Shown in pieces: positions 53,812 to 64,000 of a DNA stretch of 64,000 nt. The notes beneath the pieces are model-generated. The model was not told the origin of the DNA. It ran no database searches and saw nothing but the letters and a program-made list of their open reading frames with translations. Position numbers and translations under genes: made by a program. Origin of the DNA: Eledone cirrhosa (lineage: Eukaryota). Within the stretch, counting starts at the first letter, position 1. Each line of letters starts with the position of its first letter. Where the stretch lies: NCBI GenBank assembly GCA_964016885.1, contig OZ024743.1, positions 255,130,001 to 255,194,000 of the forward strand, in the 5' to 3' direction.

Positions 53812-56805
53812 CCTTGAGTAAAATTTCCTACCTGGGAGACTTAACCATAAGCAATCAAGCACTATGCATGGCACTAACCGAAACGCACCTGACAAGCAGT
53901 ATACCAGATGCAGAAATACATATACCGAAATATACTGAATTTTGTTCGGACAGGAAGGAGAGAACTCATAGTGGGGTTGTTCTGTAAATCCGTGAAGATG
54001 TCACACCAATTGTACTGTTCTCACATTCAACCTCAGTCTGTGACACACTGATAGTACATATGAAACAACTACAGACAGTAATATGTGTCACATATCGGCC
54101 GCCCGATGCCCCTAGTCATGAGGGTAAATTTGAGGATAGTCTCAGTAGGATAGAAGAGGTCCTTGACAAAATGGACCAGGGTCTCAACATTCTACTGCTG
54201 GGAGACTTCAACCTACCAACGGTTAAATGGCCTGAGGGCCACCTCCTCCCTGGAATGACGTCAATAGAACAGAGAGAGACGGAATCCCTGCTGGCCCTCA
54301 CACACAAGCTGTTCATGGAACAAGCAATACTCCTCCCAACAAGAGGCGAAAATGTCCTGGACCTCTATTTTACAAACAACGACGTGCTCGTTCACAATGT
54401 AAAGGTGACAGCAACAATTCTCTCGGATCATAACGTAGTAGAACTAATGATATGTGGTCCAAGAGAACCAACAGAGACAAAACCACCAAGAAGATCCGGG
54501 ACGATATCGAGCCTTAACTTCTACAAGGCTAACTGGAAAAAGATTAAGAGAGAAATCCGGAAGCAAACATGGAGCGAAAACACCGCCACACAAGACACTA
54601 ACACATATTTTCAACACTTCATGACAACGATACACACTATATGCAAAACGTTTGTCCCGGAAAAAAGGCAAACAGACACAAACATCTTATTCCCAGAGAT
54701 AGGAAAATCCTTATGAGACGTAGAACCAAGCTCTCAAACCAGTTGAATGATAAACAAGAAAACAAAAACAAGAACGAATCCTATTTGAAACGTGCGCTAC
54801 TTGGCACCGAGATTGCAGTCAAACTTTCCCATGAATATGAGAGGGCAAAGGAAGAGAGCAGGGCCATAGAAAACATTAAAACAAACCCTAAGGCCTTCTT
54901 TAAATTTGCAAAAGAAACTGCCTCAGTACACTGCAATATTGGGCACTCTTCCATACAGACGGTTTATTAACCGAGAATCCCCAAGAGATATGTGGAATAC
55001 TGAACGAACAGTACAAAAGTGTGTTCACATGTCCACTGAGGCACATGCAAATAACAAAGCCAGAGGAGTTCTTTGATGACACAACACTACATGAAGAAAT
55101 GGCGACCATCAACCATATAGACATAATGGAGGAGGATGTGGTGTACGCCATAGGTGAAATTAGAACAGACTCAGTTGCTGGACCTGATGGATTCCGAGCA
55201 GTTCTTTTAAAAACATGTAAGCGGGCCTTAGCAACTCCACCGAAGATGCTCTTCAGAAGCTCCTTGGCTAGCGTTATACTACCCAGGGAGCTGAAAGAAG
55301 GCACAATATGCCCTATCCATAAAGGAGGTAGCAGAGCGGAGGCCAAAAACTATAGGCCAGTCTCCCTGACGTCGCATATCAGTAAGGTCATGGAGCGAGT
55401 CGTCAGAAAGAAACTGATCACTTTCCTCGAGGAAAATGACTGCCTGATTAGCACGCAGCATGGCTTCCGCCCAGGAAGAAGCTGCCTTACACAGCTGCTA
55501 CAACACTACGACTCGGTACTGAAACAACTTCTAGACAGCTCACATGTGGACGTGATATATCTTGATTTTGCGAAGGCCTTTGACAAGGTCGACCACCGAA
55601 TGATATGTCACAAACTACACGGACTCGGCATAACTGGAAAAGTAGGTGAGTGGCTGCATAACTTCCTAAAGGACAGAAGCCAGACAGCTGCAGCAAATGG
55701 GGCCCTCTCAAAGGAAACATCAATAACAATTGGGGTGCCCCAGGTGACAGTCCTGGGACCACTACTGTTTTTTGTGGCTCTCTCAGACATGCCCTCTGTA
55801 GTACATACAACAACATCCCTCACTAGCTATGCTGATGACACTAAGGTAGCACAGGCAATCAAAAACCCGGCTGACGCTGCCCTTTTACAACAAGTTCTGG
55901 ATGCCATATACAAATGGGCGGAAGAAAACAACATGCAGTTTAATGCTGACAAATTCCAAGCCCTACAATACAAACTTCCAAGCAAACCCTCAAACACAAA
56001 TATAGTAGAACACAACTACACAGGACCGGGAGGGACCGATATCCCCATCTCAAAATCGATTCGAGACCTGGGCATAGACATGAGCGATGATGCATCTTTT
56101 TGCTCACACTTCATGAAAATGGCGACAATGTGCAGACGACTCGCTGGCTGAATCTTGAGGACTTTCCGGACAAGAGACCGAGACACCATGTTGACACTAT
56201 GGAGGACATTTGTCCTAAGCCGCCTGGACTTCTGGTCCCAGTTGTGGTCACCCCACAGTGTCAAACTAACCACCTATCTTGAGGCAATCCAGCGAAGCTA
56301 CACCAAGAGGATTGCCACAATGAAGCTACTGGGAGAGGCTAAAAGAACTGAACCTCTACTCCTTGGAACAAAGACGGGAGAGGTACGCAGTGATCTACAT
56401 GCGGAAAATCCTGGAGGGACTAGCACCAAACTTTGGTATTGGGAGCTGGACCAACCGTCGAACAGGACGTCACTGTGTGGTGTCTTCCACATCTAGAATA
56501 AGGAGCAGGTATTGCAATAGCCTGGGATTCAAGGGCCCCCAACTCTTCAACAAGCTGCCGAGGGATCTGAGAGATTTGCATGACGTGGAGGTGGATGTCT
56601 TCAAGAACATCTCGACAGCTTGCTATCCAGGATCCCGGATGAGCCCACAGCAAGGCACGAGGGAAAACTAAAGGCAGCAGCAACAAACTCCCTCTTACAA
56701 CAGTGGCCAACCTATACAGGCTGGAGATAAAATGTGTAGCAACAAGAGCGGTGCCCCAGCATGGCCTCAGCCGGATGGCTGAAACAGGTAAAAGAGTAAA
56801 AGAGT
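53812..56805 (+). mobile_element. CR1/L2-group LINE ORF2 (APE-RT) plus 3' UTR, same family as 46905-50558
   Basis: TETHL, YRPP, GDFNLP, SDHN, NYRPVSLTS, YLDFAKAFDKVDH, SYADDTK; GTAAAAGAGTAAAAGAGTA tail. Confidence 0.9.
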
Positions 56806-56826
56806 ATACCTATATATATATATACG

Positions 56827-56852
<26 letters not shown>

Positions 56853-56857
<5 letters not shown>

Positions 56858-57615
56858 ACTAGAAATTGATTGACATATAATTAAACATATGAAACAATCA
56901 CAGGGGATAATTTGTAAAAGTGTGTAAGCACACATAGCTAGGTAGGTAACTAAATAAAGTTTAACTAGAACTTCAAAAATAGATACCTTATAATTTGATT
57001 AATCTCCTCGTATATATTCCATTAAAGAAATATATTTCACCAATTAATCGATTGTTAAACGACAGTAGCCAGATCCTGGAATTTCAACAAGGAGGAAGTC
57101 CAACCATCTGTGTTTACGCATCAAGTCCTTTGAAAGGACTTGACTGCTGTTTCTAGTTGTCAATAACCCTATTCACGCCACTGGACGAAGCTGGTATGAT
57201 GTGTGTATTTTTAGTGGATACAGCACGTGTTACTGGCCAGTCGCTGATTTTAACTTGATGCGTAAACACAGATGGTTGGACCTCTTCCTTGTTGAAAATC
57301 CAGGATCTGGCTACTGTCGTTTACCAAATCGATTAATTGGTGAAATATATTTCTTCAATGGAAATATATGCGAGGAAGATTAATCAAATTATAGGGTATC
57401 TATTTTTGAAGTTCTAGTTAAACTTTATTTAGTTACCTACCTAGCTATGTGTGCTTACACACTTTTACAAATTATCCCCTGTGATTGTTTCATATGTTTA
57501 ATTATATGTCAATCAATTTCTAGTTGATATAAATTGCTCGGATCTACTCATTAGAATCTTGGAGCATATTTTACGGGTGATATGGCGCATGTCTATCTGG
57601 CATAACACCCTTAAT
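56853..57615. mobile_element. Fold-back (arms ~56853-57126 and ~57253-57529, ~125-bp spacer) with a right tail; fragment at ~2104-2157
   Basis: Inverted arms visible; tail TGCTC...GAGCA; HHR core not clearly recognisable. Confidence 0.75.
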
Positions 57616-57646
57616 TTAATTTAATTTAATTCAATTTATCTTAATT

Positions 57647-57682
<36 letters not shown>

Positions 57683-57689
<7 letters not shown>

Positions 57690-58029
57690 AAAAAAAGATG
57701 AAATCGAAAATGCAACTGGAGTTTATTTTTTTTTTTAAATATACATGTTGATTGGTTCCTTTACTGGTTTCGCAGTTCTTCTGTTTTTCAAAAAGTAGAG
57801 TTTAGATGGAGGGTCTGTGGTTTTTCTCAAAGAAAAACCACAGACCCTCCATCTCAACTCTACTTTTGAAAAACAGAAGAACTGCGAAACCGGTAAAGGA
57901 ACCAAATAAATCTATATATTTTTTTAAAAAATAAGACTCCAGTTACATTTTCGATTTCATCTTTTTTTCTTTATACTTTCACTCGTGTAGGACACCTCGG
58001 TTATTTTTCATTTTGTAAAAAAACCTCAC

Positions 58030-58035
<6 letters not shown>
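57683..58035. mobile_element. Fold-back 57683-57974 (3-nt loop) with degenerate HHR F15 and a right-hand extension
   Basis: TTGAAAA-aCAG-aagaa-CTGc-GAAAC-CG-GTA-AAG at 57866-57898, mirrored in the left arm. Confidence 0.72.
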
Positions 58036-58066
<31 letters not shown>

Positions 58067-58662
58067 CCTAGCTAGAACGCCTACACCTATAATCCTGTCC
58101 ATAAACACCTGTAGGCAAGACAGGCTGAAATATTCCATTTACTAGAAACATATTTCCCTCTGTTCACATGTATTGGTCCATAACTTTTTCTCTTCATGGC
58201 AGTTTGTATAATGGAACCATTATCGTGATGACAAACGTGCATACACACAACACCCATATATACACAGATAGACATGCACATAAATATGCATGGTCACAGA
58301 CACAATGTATGTATATATATGCAAGTATATACATATACACACAAAGAAGCCATGCACATATACATAGATATGCGCACAGCCATATATACATAATAAAGAA
58401 ACTCACAGATATGCACATGCAAACATAAAAGTAAAAGCCAGTGCATAAAGTAAGGTCCATTTGAATGAAGACTATAAAACAGTTGTGGATCTCAGACATA
58501 GCTATCTCACTTCAATTACATTGTTATTGCTCTTCAAAATAGTATGAACATTTGTGCGTGTATGTTTGCATTTGTAAATACACAAAAACATCGCACGCAC
58601 ACACATATATATGAGGACACCTTAGGTAGCGCCTTTGTTCCATCTATGAACATAAATAAGTA

Positions 58663-58722
<60 letters not shown>

Positions 58723-58934
58723 ATATGTATATGTAATCAAATCTTAAATCCTGATGGGTGAGCTTATGCTGCTTCCATGTTGAAACCACATGAGCCTCAG
58801 CTGCGGGTCACTAACTTTTCCCTATGCATACACACTATTTTCCCAAGTATCAAGTACTTAGCTTGTTTTACTAGACTAAACTGATAACTCCCAATCTCTC
58901 TCTCTCTCTCTCTAACTCTCTCTCTCTCTCTCTC

Positions 58935-58992
<58 letters not shown>

Positions 58993-60099
58993 CTCTCTCC
59001 CTCCCCCCTATCTCTCCCTCTCTCTCCTCTCTCTATATATATATATATATATAAATATAATTTCAGCGAGATTCGGATTTCGGCTGTGGTCGAAAACAAA
59101 GCGAAACGCAATATCCGAGTTATGGTGCCAAGCGCTCCATGGACCAAATAAAGACCAGAGCAATAAGCATATGTTATAAAGGCCAAACAAACTGAGATGG
59201 CGGTCAAGAAACCATCAACCAAAAAAGACGTGGCAACCAAACAGGTCAAACAAAATAATTGAAATATTTACCTGAACCCTTGGAAAAGATAGTATAATCC
59301 AGTACAGGGTTTCTGCGACACCTAAATCAATTATACTGCCTGCTTAAAATAATAAGCTTTTGTTATAATGATCGAACAAGGCTGTCACTCGTTAACAGGT
59401 ATTTTGTTCTACGCCAACATGCAGAATCACGCAGTGGTATGTAGTAGTAAACCACGTGTGTAACTCTTCAAGGGAGAAAAAATATATATATATAAAGAAA
59501 TCCTGTGGCCATGGGTTAACGAGGGTTTTGCACATAGAATGTTTCTCTCTCAGGCACAAGCCTGGATAAGGTGTTTTTGTTGATGACCAGTGAGGGAAAC
59601 ACAAAGGCCGATCCAGCTTGGCACCAGTGACATCGTTCCTTATTTCTCCAGCTATGTGAACTAGATAAGATGTCTTATTCAGGGGCACCATGTTTGACAC
59701 TATCTGAGTATCAAACTCACATCCATATGATTGAGGTGGATGGCGATGCCTTGCTCAGAATCATAACACCTGACCCATCAAATTTCATGATGTTCCCGAC
59801 ACATTGAGATGGGCAAAGTCACATCAGATTCATTAAAGCGATTATCCACGTAGGAAAAGCTTTCTACCACACCTAGTGAGCCTTCTGAATATTTCAGAGA
59901 CTATTTCTTAGTACCTTCACTGATGACTACTCCCTGTGATCTGCCATGTATGAAACCTACCCTACCTCACTGCTTATCTATGATCCCACAATAATTCTTA
60001 TGTGTTCAGCTACAATATATAAATAATATTTCATCAACATTACATTATCTGAATACGCCTATTTGGGTATTTATAATGAAATTCAACTCCACTATATAT

Positions 60100-60153
<54 letters not shown>

Positions 60154-60183
60154 CTTTTGTATCTAAATATATATATATATATG

Positions 60184-60290
60184 TAGTGTAGGTGGTTCAG
60201 TGAATTACTGGTGTTGGTACCAAAGCAAGCACTCTATGCACAGGCAGAGTGTATATAATAGAAACAAATGAGGAATTATTTTTCATGTGA
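60184..60290 (-). repeat. Tail fragment related to family F4
   Basis: Similar to 21940-22040; CACTCT/AGAGTG stem. Confidence 0.6.
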
Positions 60291-60606
60291 GTCGGGTCAA
60301 TAACTTCTATAGGTGATCATGAGCCAATCCTCTGGGAAACCCCCGCATAACAGGTCAATCTATATGCTACTAAAATTTTGAGATTGCTTGCTTGCTTGCT
60401 TATAATGTAATACAACCAAAAGGGTGCGTAATGGGAAAATACTTTCAAAGTAAGTTGACCTTGAAATGGGAATGCAAATTGAATAAAACAAGTTTCACGT
60501 AAATCGGAGCATGGGCTTCTGAGATACAGGGTTTTTCCGGGTACCTTCATAAATAGAGAGAGAGAAGGATAGAGAGAAAGAGATAGTGGTTGTGAGAGAG
60601 TAGATT

Positions 60607-60688
<82 letters not shown>

Positions 60689-61576
60689 AGGAGACTGAGA
60701 AGGAAAATGGAAGAGAGAAAGAGAGCTAGTGGTGTTGTGAATGAAATTATAACCGGTAACTTCAATGAAACGAATGTTACTGTATCCTGCTAAATCGAAA
60801 GGGTTTCTAAGTATATGTGTGTGTATCTTTGTATGTATGTCTGTGTGTGTATAATGGAATTTATACGCACTCTTTTCTTTACATATTGAGCTTAGCCATT
60901 TGCCTGATGTTAACAGAGTATTATTATTTTTCTTTACGGGGTCGATAAAATAAAGTACCAGTAATGCACTGGGTAATTGCTGGCCGTCTGCCTAACGTAG
61001 AAACAATTATTTTTCTTACTTAATATTTTAGTTTTACTTTGAAACTCTACTCTTTGATTCCAGATTTTTCTTTAATGTCTGGAATCTCTATAATTGTTTC
61101 AGCTATGATGGCAAGATCATCAGCATAGATGAGCTCCCATGTACAACCTGTCTGGAAATGATGAACATGATGATGATGATGATAATGATGATGTTGATTG
61201 TGTGTTAGTGAATACAGAGTTAATTTTAACGATTTATTTAAGTTTTCTCACTTGTGATAATTGCTTCTTTTACGGTGTTTAAAATCTCAAATATTTTACA
61301 TGAAAATAAAAATAGCATAAAATAAAATACAAGAATTCAAAATATACAAAACCAAAAAAAATTACAAAAATAAACGAGCCCCCCCCCCCCCCCCCCCCCC
61401 CCCCAAAAAAAACAACAACAGAATAATATATTGGAAATATAAATAAAAGTGATAATAAACTAAAAAAAAACATGAGAAACATGATTAAAAGCAATCAACG
61501 AAATAAAAACGTTACTTATTTATATATTTTCATTTAAAATGTTATTGAAGAAGTTGAAAAATATCCCATAGCAATA

Positions 61577-63356
61577 TTGCATTACCATCGGTACCTGGCG
61601 GCAGTCCTCGAGGCACCCGGTTTCGGGCCCGTTTTCAGGGGATGGATCGCTGCGATGTACAGCGACATCTTCTCAGTTGTGAGGGTGAACGGTCACATGT
61701 CACAGCCGTTCAGCATCATGCGCTCGGTCCGCCAGGGTTGTCCCCTCTCGTCCCTCTAGTACGTATTGGCTCTCGAGCCGTTACTGCACAAACTGGGGCG
61801 ATGAGGGGCGTCCCACACGAACTAGGATGCTGGAAATCCGAATCGGCTTACGCCGACGACGTCACCGTAGTAGTGTCGAGCACCCGACACGTCCAGATGC
61901 TGGGCACCGCTCTCAAGGAATACGAAGCGGTGACAGGAGCAAAGATTAACCAGGAAAAGTTGGTGGGCTTGCAGCTCGGCACCTGGGGAGGCAAGTCCAT
62001 GCCGTCCAACAGCGTCGTGGGGCGTTGGACGGACGGACAGGTTAAATTGCTCTGGGTCTGGTCGGACCGGACCTCCAGATGGAGAAGAACTGGAGCGAGG
62101 TGACGAGCAAGGTGGCCTCCCTCAACCAGAAATGGGCTGAGAGGAAGCTGTCCCTGAAAGGCCGGGAGGAGGTGGCGAATTCGTACATCGCATCCGTCAT
62201 CTGCTACCGCCTCACCGTCGTCCCTTGCCCCGGCCCAACTCTCACCAAAATGGAGCGCCTCCTCTTCCGCTTTTTGTGGAAGGGACGAGCTCCCATGGTA
62301 AGATGATCCATCTGCTGTCAACACCCGTTGCGTGGAGGACTGGGCATGCCATGGCTGATGATGCGCAAACATGCGCTGATACTGCGACATCTCTGGTGCT
62401 TCCTTGACGGTGAACAGGTGTGGTCGCCGTTCGCCAGGCACATTTTCCCACAGCTTGTCTCCTTAACGGAGCTGCAGTCCTGGGTCAGGAAAAACCGAGG
62501 ATAGCGCTTGGAAACTTGAATGTCTCCAGGCGCTCACTGACCTCTGCCAGCTGGGCACCAGTATCGGTGGAACATCCACCTCGGCGTTCTATAGAGGACT
62601 AGTGGAGGGGAAGAGCGACGACGTTCTCGGAGAGATCCTGGTCGTCGAAGAAGATCAGCTGTTTGCTCTCTTCCGGAGAACTTTCAGCCCAGGGCCTATG
62701 GATATCTTCCAAAAATCCCTGGCCTGGCAGAGCTACCGGGGAGCGTGTGGGACTGATCCAGTTATCGACTGAGTCCATTGTGCAGATTGTCTCGCCTTCT
62801 TCTTTCGTGGAGGAAGGGCAGGCGGTTTTCATCTGCCTGGTGGCCATGGCGAAAGAGATTGTATGGTGGACAAGGTTGAAAGGGTTAAAGACAGATACTT
62901 TCCTCTTCGACGAATCCCTAATTAACTTTTTCAAGTTTCACTTGAAGAGGAAAATGAGGGTGGAGAGGCAAGTGCTGCCTTCTAGCCATTTTTTTGAAAG
63001 GTGGGTGAATGTAGCGAGAATGGTCCGAGTGAACAGGACCGCTCTGAATATACGCCTGTAGTTTGAGAAATGGAAAAATTGAGAGAGGGCGCTTGCCCTG
63101 GTGGTCAGGATGGCCGTGGTCTTTTGTGTGGTTTTCGCCACGAGTAACCCTCGGAGGTTTCCCCCTATTGTGGAATTTTTCATTGTTTCAATTTTCATTT
63201 ATATTGTTTATATATATATATATGTTTCTATGTCTTTTTCTATTTCTTTTCTTATATAAATAATAAAAATCTTTACACGAACAAAACCCACATCGTACCG
63301 TCCTGTGCCGTCTGTAATGTTTTTCTTGATGTCAGCCCTTGTGGCCAATAAAGAAA

Positions 63357-63423
<67 letters not shown>
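61577..63423 (+). mobile_element. Tx1/L1-clade LINE, 5'-truncated and apparently internally deleted
   Basis: VRVNG..SQPFSIMRSVRQGCPLS, AYADDVTV, GAKINQEK, LSLKGR, FRFLWKG; AATAAA then (ATT)n tail; GC-rich. Confidence 0.88.
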
Positions 63424-63424
<1 letters not shown>

Positions 63425-63522
63425 GGCGACCTACGTAGGTCGCCAATAATTTAAACTTTTTATAATTATCAAAATTTAAACTTTTTATAATTATCAAACA
63501 AAAAATTTTTCTTTGAAAAATA

Positions 63523-64000
63523 ATGGATGACTCAGATTCACTCCTTCCTCACAATCCAACACCTCACACCGACACCACCATTGTAAATATTACTACGTTT
63601 GCCAACACTGGAATTGTAAGCAGTAGCAATATTTTTAATTTGTCTCAAGCAGACGTTCATTTCCCGCCATTACCAATGACTGCGGGTGTTAAAGCCGCCA
63701 CCACCATCACCACCGCGACAATCACCACCCCCACCATCACCACAGCGACAACAGAAACAAAAGAAAAAAATAAATTAACTCATGATATCGAAATGAATCC
63801 AACCAAAATGAACTCTTCCACACCGAACACCACTGACGCCACCACCACCACCACAACTGAAACTAAAATTAACAATAGCAAAAATAACGATAATAACAAC
63901 AGCAACAATGAAATTAAGAAAACTACCCTGAGTTTTGCCAGAGTAGCAAAAACGTGCGAAGTGATCCAGGTAACCCAGGAAGAATTAGACAAAGCGAAAG
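63523..64000 (+). CDS. Open frame running off the window end; possible LINE ORF1 N-terminus (Thr/Asn-rich, SFARVAK)
   Basis: ATG at 63523, no stop seen to 64000; low complexity; identity is inference. Confidence 0.35.
   Translation, partial: MDDSDSLLPHNPTPHTDTTIVNITTFANTGIVSSSNIFNLSQADVHFPPLPMTAGVKAATTITTATITTPTITTATTETKEKNKLTHDIEMNPTKMNSSTPNTTDATTTTTTETKINNSKNNDNNNSNNEIKKTTLSFARVAKTCEVIQVTQEELDKAK

Noticed and set aside
57280-57365. TTCC-TTGTTGA...GAAATATATTTC...GGAA in the 56853-57615 fold-back
   Set aside because: Core too degenerate to call an HHR
59057-59330. More GC-rich segment after (TA)n with TCGGAT/ATCCGA stem and GAAAC
   Set aside because: No recognisable CUGAnGA in register and no second copy in the window

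Overview
AT-rich animal genomic DNA, almost entirely repetitive; the SINE/LINE repertoire and (TA)n density suggest a cephalopod such as Octopus (inference). No host protein-coding gene can be supported. The window holds decayed LINEs (several RTE copies, two CR1/L2-group copies, one R4/Dong-like fragment, one Tx1/L1-like fragment), a deleted mariner, two tRNA-derived SINE families and many microsatellites. The main signal is a dense population of Penelope-like element (PLE) derivatives lying in (TA)n tracts. Five PLE remnants retain RT and/or GIY-YIG coding sequence. More than a dozen short non-coding fold-back (palindromic) or tandem units carry type I hammerhead ribozyme (HHR) motifs that I folded by eye; about 12 sequence-distinct families have a canonical CUGAnGA core. 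Two families are ~500-530 nt ORF-less, terminally redundant units resembling retrozymes, and one shows a compensatory stem II change between copies. Many families share a downstream tail hairpin (ACTC...GAGT, or GCTC...GAGC) present on only one arm of each fold-back. Coordinates were counted by hand: TE boundaries are approximate (about 10-30 bp), HHR coordinates closer. No ribozyme activity or expression is shown by the sequence.
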